Virus record (IMG/VR): IMGVR_UViG_3300045988_169898
Reading direction: 5' to 3' (one strand)
Source of the DNA: a virus
DNA: 53,299 bases
In this document: positions 27,101 through 34,508 of the stretch, in pieces
Layout: every line of letters starts with the position of its first letter
Position numbering within the stretch: position 1 is the stretch's first letter
Notes under the pieces: generated by a model
What the model saw: only the letters and a program-made list of their open reading frames with translations
Database searches by the model: none
What the model was told of the DNA's origin: nothing
Made by a program: the position numbers and the translations under genes

Positions 27101-30100
27101 AGGGAAATGGGTCCTTTGAAAGCTGAAAAATATTTGCAACAAAAGCGTGAACAGCTTGAGGAAATGAGTGACCGAGACTTTATAAAGTCGTACAAAAAAT
27201 ATGTTGAAGGTCAAAGCGAGGAAGAGATAAACAAAATGTTCCTTAAAACTATTATTGTAGAAACAGGAGCAATAGATATTTCCAAGTTAAGCGACCAACA
27301 ACTTGACCAACTTGAAATCACCGCAAATACTATCTCTAAAAAGGTTGACAGACCTAACACAGCCGTTGTAAATAACATTAAGTCTCTGGTTAGAACTATA
27401 AAAGCAAATCTTAGCAAGAAAGATACCACTCGTTTCTTAAAAGACAATGGCGACATTTTTGACAACAACCTTGATGTAAAGAAAGATTTGTATCAAACGG
27501 TAGATGACAAAGGAAGAATTAGGTTAAAAGATGCTTCGGAACTTTTAGAGCTGGAAAACAGAGTTAGACAACTTAGTAAGAGTGTTCGAGCCAACGACTA
27601 TTCGTCCGACCAATCGTTGAAATTTAGGAAGAAGATGGACCGAGAGTTGGAAAAACTCCGTATAGAAAATGAACATCTTGCAGAAAAGTTAGGAAAAGGT
27701 AAAACACAGGTACAAGCAGTAACTTATGAAATTGCGGACGATGTAATTACAATAGATACTAAAAAGGAAATACCTTCTGCATTAAAGAGAATACTTGAAA
27801 GTAACTTTAGTAAACCTGCAAAGTCTACTACTCAATATTTAACAGAGCAAGACCAAATGCACGTTCAAAGTAACTTTAAGAAGTTTGTTTCGGAAAATGT
27901 GGAATATTTGATTTCCTTAACACAGGCTGATGTTGACCAAATCATTGACTTCTACTTAACAAGCGAGATTATTCCGTCTACAAACAAAGCAAGACAATAT
28001 TCTGCAATTCAAGTTTATTTGATGACTTACATTATTAGTAATGCAAATAGCGGTAGATTTTTGCTTACTGATACACAACGAAGCGAATTGACAACAAGAC
28101 TTGAGTCCATCATATCAATGTCTGCAGCTAACTTGTCAAACTGGAAAGCAGCTATGAAACTTCTTAAACCCGAAGAAACTTTAATTCAGTCAGCTGCCAA
28201 AGCTACTGGTATAGAGTTTGCCGTAAGTGATGTTCAGGCTCTTGTAGAGGCAACTAACTCAGGAGACATAGAAAGGATACAAGCTGCCAAAACTGCAATG
28301 TATGAGAATGCATTAAGGTCTTACAAAGGAATAAAACGGTCATTCTTTGATAGATTGTTGAAATTTGAACGAATGGCTATGTTGTCTGGTCCCGGCACCT
28401 GGGTAAGGAACCAAGTATCTAACTTGATGGTTGTTGCAGGAAACAAAGCCGCAGAATATGTATCAGGTCCCATTGTAAAAATGCTTGACAAATTGTTCCC
28501 GAAGAAGTTTAAGCATAGAGATAACCAATACAAACTTGCAGGTACAAAAGTTACCTCGGAAGTTCAGACGTTTATCAAGAGGGAAATTATTGACAGTAAG
28601 ATACTTGAATTAGTTCGAGATGGATTTAGCAAGTATGATACAAGGAAATATAAACCAAACGAGGTAAGCAGTGAGCAATCATTAGCAGACCTTATTCAAA
28701 ACTCAATTCGTTCACAAATTATGAAGGACACTTACAGTAATTCAAAAGTTGTAAATGAAACGTATAAGTTTTTGTTTAAGATGCTGAGTGATAACAAATA
28801 TATTGACCGAGCCGCAGTTAAGTACCTCGGAAAGATGCTTACCGAAGATAATGTAAACCTTAATGAAGGACTTAGTACTGATGTGTTAAATCATATTGCA
28901 GATGCATATGTTATGGCAGCTCAAGACTTTATGCACACGACTAACTTCTTTAATGATATAGAAACTAAGTTAAGAGAACGACTCGGCGATAAAGCATTTT
29001 TCGTTTACAAACAATTCTTGCCTTTTGCAGCGGCCTCTTGGAACTGGTTTGTTGCAGGCTTAAAATACACACCTGTCGGTTTAGCACAAAGTATATATCA
29101 ATATGCTAAGTTAGAAAATACAATCGAAAAGATTGAAAAGCGAAAACAAAAAGGTGAACAAGTAGTATCAAGTAGATTTGCAGAATATATTGCAAAAAGA
29201 AACATAGGTAAAGGTGTAATAGGAACAATAGGTTGTGCTATAGGAATTGCACTTGCCGCATTTGGAGTTGCCGGCATTGACGAAGAAGACGGAAAGTATA
29301 AACTTCGTGTTGGCGATGTGTATGTAGATATTAGCGATATATTTAGTACACAAGGTATATTCGTCGGTATTGCAGCATTCAGTTCTATTAAGAGCGGCGA
29401 CATATGGTCAGCAATGGGAAATGTACTCGACACTATGTTTTTGGATAGTACATTTACCGACATGTTTAATTCGTTCCGATATAGTGAGACGTTCGGTGAC
29501 TGGTTAAGGGACCAACCGTTCAGTATATTAAGTATGTTTATACCTAATATGTTGAAGGTATTAACATCTACTACTTACGGCCACAAGGTTCAATATAGCA
29601 AAGGTATACTTGGAAAACTTGAACGAATTGCAGCTCAATCAGTTCCCGGTATGGCATATGCATTGCCTAAACAATATGACCCATACACAGGCGAGTATCA
29701 AATACAATACAAGGTGTGGTTCTTAACAAAACTTGTAGACAAACTTTCTCCGCTCGACATATATGCTTACAATATTAGTGAACAAGAAAAGATTGCTATG
29801 AGTTTGGGACTTAAGAAAGGACCGTTAACTGGAAGATACGAAATCAATGGAGAAAAAATTAACCTTAACTCCAAAGAACTTTCGGAAGCAAACAAGTTCT
29901 ATGGCGAATTAAATAGTAGGGACTTAAAAGAATTTACTTCTGGTACTAAAAAATACAGCGTATATGACGATAAAAAAGGCAAATATGTTGAACTAACTTA
30001 TAGTAAAATGACGGACAAACAAAAAGCTGCTGTCATCGACCGAATAATGTCAAACAACAGCAGCAAAGTTAAAATTTATATACTGACTAAACACGGTTAT

Positions 30101-30202
30101 TATAAATATTATGCAAGTCAAGAAGAATACAAAGAACTTAAAAAGTTAGGTATCAATGTACAAAAGGCTAATGGTAACAAGAAAGGCTTTCTTAACAGTT
30201 AG
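21116..30202 (+). CDS. Giant virion-associated protein (3028 aa) with one zincin HExxH motif and a C-terminal TM segment; function unknown
   Basis: Uninterrupted 9,087-nt ORF with an AAGGAG RBS. FAVLHEFQHAIQ (HEFQH at nt 24569-24583) follows a beta-strand TIYINEF. There is a Gly/Ala-rich hydrophobic N-terminal region and a hydrophobic GVIGTIGCAIGIALAAFGVAG at about nt 29210-29277. It is the last gene of the structural arm. Confidence 0.85.
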   Translation: MSTLKLTPSYLNSYEAAHKILSNNPWFQESDWLSMARSGELDQYITVLANTDKITDKDKFYSDYNYAYADDQTRVAALYNELLADRSNVDEPRKRLALDSSGNVILDAKGKPTYESFKASDYDYYKSVIKNRNDEYYQEYLIEQEKERKNSMNGFVKFLGDTASIGTELAYGLANQIDNLTNSIAAIGDGITAYFKDEDVADAIVDTNASDTWRWFEQLGVQDWIVDFERRYTNVRDLDGNYSNTGKYLGGICSTLGQMLPSMVGGKVVGSAAQKAGAAAKTVNTLSQISSTLIFYQGITAGNIRDMYKQFAAEKASVPSGAILANASIKSALQWAVEIGLAKISGGSTIDNVVFGRSIRTSAGSTLAKSAGKRLLSDFVTEGLEEVFQDTSDWLVDKAFSVLINENFGKVTEISYQSLMDSFIIGGLASFAGSALNIVTTKKVATGQVKTNKKGDTKLDKEGNVKAEKLGKLASWEYGLDMQSFMKNYVELQEQAKGFLKRYDKDSTEAKKYAAAITEMYAAYRMLSSIYGEIGETRFKNANQVLSEITNLVNNGKFTNDGAYNIGQELMNSLTDLRKNSLEKTLAALEKAKITQLADVIERDSDLTQLNIDEDTKKSIQQLFDGDDNVKKVILTKDGANIAVVDDSLFVPINYAKNADGSTLYETVAEQTLVEAISKGKFKGDVLNLVLETFKKVTGRNDASMEEAIYNLVFNDSFFNIMLSTANKDMYSLLSSLISIEDNVVSNKLRDKIYKKKIATVVESMTQSLYDYCINQPYADYRLDVFTKTQIDKIAAIRWCRNLYARVIDNTSYKHLTDNDWNVLNNRVNSLPVSQQQKDKILTALKSNNKDTRASAMNKIALVYKGIFTTNYDGTVYMPDTNVANRTFNSWLQSIGLTIETLTSLEIDENTKKTISELYGAFTTENLIKFRQSQFMQYCNNSFIFRYDKQGKLGIYEHETNKQVGFSEYRTNAEAVLAGNDFDKRTTLERSYKKNYLVKEILNNEIDAATAAYLSIDDVISNPSLLSEKMLADIQMTYGDVNQTSAFLYLREYFINKFKTTTVVVLSDGTYGFADIRPMKSMLKTENFSIDKNTKIKDIIKDDYLKGRLKDVKIKLTDRGIVAEYNAEENTIYINEFRAAKKGPYLTFAVLHEFQHAIQVENGMNLGMNVNWINSVAKTTKAAIIADVRKHRPELFTDVAKGSKDEANIVNNFVYYSSGESTAYGIDASQLVNYYPTVVNADKGIKITFPWGKTYNISSNVPVSIKLRNLYNKVFTLLNESNYEKYFNAIKDTTDITPFSSQVKSLEIYRNLLDSVKGINEYISVGLGTVQDVSEIKQQLLNSITPDVKNQMLKMMYFKLGMTSISFDEFLQMDIPFVRVQNNITSKPDAFLSASVTMDANLTLDKCLDFIMKTDIVKGWNNEQVTPTDKLTIVVGTIKPADCIGFLGTKLDEVLLPVDVVNKSKKYTIDINDYVPTGNPEPVYEFVETIDKVFGDIIRLYSTFFSRFDIKDDRALTNAYFTGYIRELGTARYREIMQLYRYTQKLEDTHGKLDVKDSEQLRNARTKFYELITSDKGYKLATYKIIRYLLSVSNVPDVELSEIKIPVVRVQKNNFVDERLPYVSCSLFLGGDIDNISILTDVMQEEDANYVFSHVKVKDIVGFVSNDLREVLVNSSAFSSDDTIIKHLKANRTFERNVFEEGAIISEYFHTYSELGPSDSMSIKQPGDIETKRYVTQKEGKDTNLEKYGYTAKYKRTQMDTKLKNFIINANEDIASELWNKVKSGKITTSDVMDYLRDADKIDDKTFKLINDSFFKNSKIKTFEELKAKIAESSKYYAMRAVLKSAGFGEALLTNANPELFNGVLEIINKDEKLKKLFDEIDSRYYTYRQQGLDISEKYLRKLWMEYFDGTVAAGGYIAAIAKIAAISKWKVTGEGSTISTRSLDDTVGKDMALEEVLEDVSAKDAFSYILNNGDRSDKIDDIIKAVTPKIIKKLREMGPLKAEKYLQQKREQLEEMSDRDFIKSYKKYVEGQSEEEINKMFLKTIIVETGAIDISKLSDQQLDQLEITANTISKKVDRPNTAVVNNIKSLVRTIKANLSKKDTTRFLKDNGDIFDNNLDVKKDLYQTVDDKGRIRLKDASELLELENRVRQLSKSVRANDYSSDQSLKFRKKMDRELEKLRIENEHLAEKLGKGKTQVQAVTYEIADDVITIDTKKEIPSALKRILESNFSKPAKSTTQYLTEQDQMHVQSNFKKFVSENVEYLISLTQADVDQIIDFYLTSEIIPSTNKARQYSAIQVYLMTYIISNANSGRFLLTDTQRSELTTRLESIISMSAANLSNWKAAMKLLKPEETLIQSAAKATGIEFAVSDVQALVEATNSGDIERIQAAKTAMYENALRSYKGIKRSFFDRLLKFERMAMLSGPGTWVRNQVSNLMVVAGNKAAEYVSGPIVKMLDKLFPKKFKHRDNQYKLAGTKVTSEVQTFIKREIIDSKILELVRDGFSKYDTRKYKPNEVSSEQSLADLIQNSIRSQIMKDTYSNSKVVNETYKFLFKMLSDNKYIDRAAVKYLGKMLTEDNVNLNEGLSTDVLNHIADAYVMAAQDFMHTTNFFNDIETKLRERLGDKAFFVYKQFLPFAAASWNWFVAGLKYTPVGLAQSIYQYAKLENTIEKIEKRKQKGEQVVSSRFAEYIAKRNIGKGVIGTIGCAIGIALAAFGVAGIDEEDGKYKLRVGDVYVDISDIFSTQGIFVGIAAFSSIKSGDIWSAMGNVLDTMFLDSTFTDMFNSFRYSETFGDWLRDQPFSILSMFIPNMLKVLTSTTYGHKVQYSKGILGKLERIAAQSVPGMAYALPKQYDPYTGEYQIQYKVWFLTKLVDKLSPLDIYAYNISEQEKIAMSLGLKKGPLTGRYEINGEKINLNSKELSEANKFYGELNSRDLKEFTSGTKKYSVYDDKKGKYVELTYSKMTDKQKAAVIDRIMSNNSSKVKIYILTKHGYYKYYASQEEYKELKKLGINVQKANGNKKGFLNS

Positions 30203-30437
30203 GCCTATACCAACCTTGTTTCCTGAGTTCATTATCCAACCACTCTAAGTCGTCTTTTTCGCCGACGATTTCTAAATAGTCTCCTGATAGCGGGCATCTT
30301 ATAGTTAGGTGCTCGCTATCTTTTTCTACTAATCGTAAAGATTTTTTAAGTCCCTGTGCACGTGATGTAACATATTTGAGAGTTTCATATCTGTTCGCAT
30401 ATTCATATGGAACATAATTTCCTGTAAATATTGTCAT
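30192..30437 (-). CDS. Hypothetical 81-aa protein, convergent with the giant ORF and overlapping it
   Basis: AAGGAG lies 6 nt upstream of the ATG at 30437. Its 3' end overlaps the giant ORF stop region by 11 nt on the opposite strand. Confidence 0.6.
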   Translation of the reverse strand: MTIFTGNYVPYEYANRYETLKYVTSRAQGLKKSLRLVEKDSEHLTIRCPLSGDYLEIVGEKDDLEWLDNELRKQGWYRPNC

Positions 30438-30459
30438 ATTGTCTCCTTATTATATTCAT

Positions 30460-30533
30460 TTTTAATATATAATATTATTTGGTCGAATATTTTATCAAGA
30501 TAATATTTTATTTTTATCTATTATATATTAAAA
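30460..30533. repeat. AT-only inverted-repeat element, copy B
   Basis: The arms are TTTTAATATATAAT (30460-30473) and ATTATATATTAAAA (30520-30533) with a 46-nt spacer. The spacer contains the direct repeat AATATTTTA twice. The flank TCTCTTAAAGT matches copy A. Confidence 0.85.
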
Positions 30534-30550
30534 TCTCTTAAAGTCATATC

Positions 30551-32455
30551 TCAATCGAAATAATTAAATCTATTCGTCGATATAATATCATCACCTTTTA
30601 ATTGCCGCCAAGGAATATCTAACAAGTCAGCACATCTACTAACATAGAACATATAATCTATATCCTTTTTAATATCCTCGAAATTGTATGTGGATAAATC
30701 GTGGTTAATCAATCTACAATGTTCAGGAATACTCGGCATTTTTGCATAAGATATGTTGCCTTTGTACATCTTGTACTTAAAGATTTGTCCGAGTGATGTG
30801 TCTTTACTTGCATAAACCCTATTGCATTTATAAAGTTCCTTCTCGCTTCCATCTTCAAATCTTTGAACAACACCTCTATATGTAGGACCTTTTTTACAGG
30901 TCATTGCAAAGTCGAGCAAGTTGTTATTTTCTATTATGCTTTCAACTATATCTTTTCCATATGCAAGATAATTTATTACAGCCTTTTGACTTACAAATGC
31001 AGTTAACGGACTTACCAAGAAGTAACCAGGCTTTTCCCAAGTATCCATAAGCCAAAGACCTTTTCTTTTAACCTTGCCACCTTCCTTGATAAGTAGATAG
31101 TTATTTACATCTCGTTGCCAAATCTTTTCTATCATATCTACTTCCATATTTATTCCAGATGCTTTTGACCATTCTTCTCGGCATGCATCTACCTTTGGCA
31201 TATCTTTTCGTCTACAATAAACCAGAATACCATCTGTATTAGTTTGTATAACTTTCAATCCAGGAATTGATTTAGTAAGTTTGTTTGCAAGAGCTGCAAG
31301 GAATATTTGTCCTAGTCTGCAACATCTTGTGCACATATATGGGTCATACAAATCTAACCACTTGTTTCCGGATGCTCCATAAGTTGTATTCAATACCAAT
31401 TTGTTGGCCGTTTGAGCATCTTCTTCGTCTTGTGTTCTATTTGCTTTATGTTTAAGCATAATTCGTTCATTAAATATGTTCTCAAACACCTTCGGGTTAT
31501 GAACCGTTCTACTTAAACAATCAAACTGAATTAACATAGAAGGATAATATGATGCTGCATCTACATTCATAAGTGTCCATTCGTCGTCCGACTCTAAATA
31601 CAAGTTATTTGAATATACACTATGTATTCCTCCGTTTCCAAAAGATACCGTGTTTTCAAACAGCTTTATTTCAAAAGGTTTTGTATCAGTTCTAATTTGG
31701 TCAATCAGTTTGTTAGGTAAATTTTCGTAACAATATTCGTGAATTTTACTAGGAAGTTTTATTTCGATTTCATCTGCATCCGAGAAGGTACTTCTCTTTG
31801 CACCTAATGCTTTTGAAACGAGGTTTGCATTTGTACACATATAACAATCTCGTTCAGGTATGCCAAACTTTCTTCCTATTGCAAGTTTATTCTTAACATA
31901 ACCTTTCATAACTTTGTTGAAGAAATACATACAAGCAAATACATCGTGTCTACAATAATATGTCAAATCAGCTTTGTCTTCGTCGGTCAAATCTTCTTTG
32001 TTAAAATCTACCGAACTTTCCATAATATCAAGACCGAGTATTGCTTCTTTTTCTTTTAATGAACCATCGTTATCATCTAACAAATCTTGATAACAAAGGC
32101 CTCTCATTCGTCTTTTTGCAAAAGGTTGCATTTTAATATGTTCCTTAGTGCTCCAAGCACAGCCAGGATTTATTATTATATCACTAAGTATTTTTATTTG
32201 CTGAGGATTAAAACCTTGATATATGCCGTTTGCTATAACTAAGTCATATCCTTTTATATTATATCCGGTCATAACAAAGTTTTCTTCTTTAAGCAACGAA
32301 ATCAATTTATCCCTTGCATTAGGCATATCACTATTTACTATTGTGAAGTTATCTTTTATGCTTTCCTTGATGTCTTTTTCATCATCAGGCATATCGCCGA
32401 ATACACATAGCCACCAATTAGGTGTAACTTCAAAGTCAAAAAATCTCATCTTCAT
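30551..32455 (-). CDS. Family B DNA polymerase
   Basis: 634 aa. Exonuclease motifs are Exo I FFDFEV, Exo II GYNIKGYDL and Exo III YYCRHDV. Polymerase motifs are A NVDAASYYPSM (DxxSLYPS type), B KLVLNTTYGASG (KxxxNSxYG type) and C IQTNTDGI (DTD type). Confidence 0.85.
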   Translation of the reverse strand: MKMRFFDFEVTPNWWLCVFGDMPDDEKDIKESIKDNFTIVNSDMPNARDKLISLLKEENFVMTGYNIKGYDLVIANGIYQGFNPQQIKILSDIIINPGCAWSTKEHIKMQPFAKRRMRGLCYQDLLDDNDGSLKEKEAILGLDIMESSVDFNKEDLTDEDKADLTYYCRHDVFACMYFFNKVMKGYVKNKLAIGRKFGIPERDCYMCTNANLVSKALGAKRSTFSDADEIEIKLPSKIHEYCYENLPNKLIDQIRTDTKPFEIKLFENTVSFGNGGIHSVYSNNLYLESDDEWTLMNVDAASYYPSMLIQFDCLSRTVHNPKVFENIFNERIMLKHKANRTQDEEDAQTANKLVLNTTYGASGNKWLDLYDPYMCTRCCRLGQIFLAALANKLTKSIPGLKVIQTNTDGILVYCRRKDMPKVDACREEWSKASGINMEVDMIEKIWQRDVNNYLLIKEGGKVKRKGLWLMDTWEKPGYFLVSPLTAFVSQKAVINYLAYGKDIVESIIENNNLLDFAMTCKKGPTYRGVVQRFEDGSEKELYKCNRVYASKDTSLGQIFKYKMYKGNISYAKMPSIPEHCRLINHDLSTYNFEDIKKDIDYMFYVSRCADLLDIPWRQLKGDDIISTNRFNYFD

Positions 32456-32467
32456 AACTAATTCTCC

Positions 32468-34504
32468 TTAAAATGGTTTGAATGAGCCGTCAAAAGCTCC
32501 TCTCTTTGTAAATACTTGTACAGGAGGTGCATCCTCTGTAATTGTCAACATCTTTATTTCCATCTGGTATAATGAACAAATATCTTCCTTAAATGTAAAT
32601 GCGGTAGGTTTCTTTCCATACCCGTTATTTGAACACCATTCCATAAATTGTGTATACAATACAGAACATTTTTTATTATACAAATCTGCAACTGTGACAT
32701 CATTCTCATACAACCATTCATTTAATGCACTCTGTCTGCGTTTGAACATTTCCAACAGTTGTTGTTCACTCTGCATAATTCTGAAACGTCCTTCTTCTAT
32801 TGCAAGACTTATTCCTTCTACCGCCTTGAACAAGAAGTATTGCATATCATTATCTGTAACTTTATTTATAAACAACGGGTCAGGTTTCTCTACCTTGTGA
32901 TTTAACTCTATCAAAACCATTCGTCTATAAAGTCCTGATGTTTTATCCATAATTCTCGGAAGTCTGTTACAAGAAAATACAAGAGTTACATACGGAACGA
33001 AGTCACATACCTCTTTGTAAATTTGTCGTACAGAAATCACGTTTCCTGATACAATAGATTTGAACCTGCCGGTATTTTCCAATGCTTTTCCATCTACGAC
33101 ATCGTCGTCTATGTTTACCAGTTTTCCTATCATCGTTGCAAGATAGTAATCTTTGTCCAAGTTGTCTAACGATGCGTGTGAACAGTTAACATCTCCTCCC
33201 ACAAGTTTATGAAGTAAGTTCGTAAATGTAGATTTTCCTGTGCCACCTTCACCCTTAAACAAGAAAAACTTTTCAAACAAATTTTTCTTCAACAAGCAAT
33301 AGCCAGCTATTTGATACAAGAATTGCATCTTAGTTACATCTCCGTCGGTTATCTCTTTCATAAACTGGTCAATTCTCGGAGAGTAAGGAGGGTCTGGATT
33401 ATATTCGTAAGGTATGAATATTGTATTTATATCCGACTTGTTAGGTTCCTCGATTTCAGTTGTTACAAGATTTAATATGCCGTTTTTACAGGCTATCTTG
33501 TGCCAGTCCTTGTCGAAATCATTTATACTTACCTGAGTTTTAATACGGATAAAATCTCGTATCTCAGCTCGTCCTGTTTTGTTAACGTTCTTGTTTATTT
33601 CAAAGTGGATTATCCTATCAATATCTACATCGCTCATAGGTTTATAATAAATTCCGTTGAACTTGTAGAATGTAGAACCATAAGATACAATATCATATTT
33701 GCCTATTATTTCGTCTGCCAACTTGTTATAGATGTTTTCTCTCTCGGCAGGAGCGATTTTATCTTCGCCATCCCTTTGTTTGAGAACTGTCTTAAATAAC
33801 TCGTTGTTCGGCATCGGAGTATCAAACAAGTTTTCGTTTATTATTCGTATCGTTTTCTCAACTTCTTGTGCACTTAATTTTTGGCATCTTTCAAGTTGTG
33901 AACGCCATTTGAATAATGCATTGTTTCTTCCATCTCCTTCTTTCATACCTATAAAGGATGGTGTGCTATCTTTCAAAAGTGGTTTCAAAAAATAAGGAAT
34001 ATCCTCTACAAAGTCATTCCATTCACCCCACGCTCTATGAGGGTCGTTTGATGGCAAAACAATATAACCTGTTTTATTTGCTCTTGTATCAATTAACACA
34101 TTAAGTCCACATTTAACTCGGCTATCACTTTTTATTGACTCGGTCGGGTCACGAAACAAAATGTGAATTCCTTTACTTGTGTAGTTGTAAGAATACTTGA
34201 CCTCAAACTTTTCCAAGAGTCGTTCCAAGTATTGTTGTGTTCGTTCGTCATCTTTATTGTCTATATCTACAACAACAAATCCCTTAGGAATAACCCAACC
34301 TACTCTATACCCTTGTTGCAATGCTTCTTGTGCCTCATCATAACTAAGTGGTTTGCTATTCCATCTGTTTATTGCTGCTTTAGTGTCAAATGCACTATCG
34401 TACTTCTTGTCCTTAAATTGCTCTGGTTTGTATGCAGGAATTAAAACATAGCCACAATTAGGATATATTCTATTAAGTCTTGCTAAATTTTCGTCTAATC
34501 CCAT
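32468..34504 (-). CDS. Primase-helicase (N-terminal prim-pol, C-terminal D5/SF3-type helicase)
   Basis: 678 aa. The prim-pol acidic motif is VVVDIDNKDD, with GIHILF nearby. Walker A is FKGEGGTGKSTF and Walker B is LVNIDDDV. Confidence 0.8.
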   Translation of the reverse strand: MGLDENLARLNRIYPNCGYVLIPAYKPEQFKDKKYDSAFDTKAAINRWNSKPLSYDEAQEALQQGYRVGWVIPKGFVVVDIDNKDDERTQQYLERLLEKFEVKYSYNYTSKGIHILFRDPTESIKSDSRVKCGLNVLIDTRANKTGYIVLPSNDPHRAWGEWNDFVEDIPYFLKPLLKDSTPSFIGMKEGDGRNNALFKWRSQLERCQKLSAQEVEKTIRIINENLFDTPMPNNELFKTVLKQRDGEDKIAPAERENIYNKLADEIIGKYDIVSYGSTFYKFNGIYYKPMSDVDIDRIIHFEINKNVNKTGRAEIRDFIRIKTQVSINDFDKDWHKIACKNGILNLVTTEIEEPNKSDINTIFIPYEYNPDPPYSPRIDQFMKEITDGDVTKMQFLYQIAGYCLLKKNLFEKFFLFKGEGGTGKSTFTNLLHKLVGGDVNCSHASLDNLDKDYYLATMIGKLVNIDDDVVDGKALENTGRFKSIVSGNVISVRQIYKEVCDFVPYVTLVFSCNRLPRIMDKTSGLYRRMVLIELNHKVEKPDPLFINKVTDNDMQYFLFKAVEGISLAIEEGRFRIMQSEQQLLEMFKRRQSALNEWLYENDVTVADLYNKKCSVLYTQFMEWCSNNGYGKKPTAFTFKEDICSLYQMEIKMLTITEDAPPVQVFTKRGAFDGSFKPF

Positions 34505-34508
34505 TGTA

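Noticed and set aside
21116-30202. Calling the giant ORF a virion RNA polymerase (N4-like or crAss-like)
   Set aside because: By eye I found no DxDGD-type double-psi-barrel metal motif and no T7-like motif A/B/C pattern. The only FDGDD string lacks the required context. The idea is kept as something to test, not as a call.
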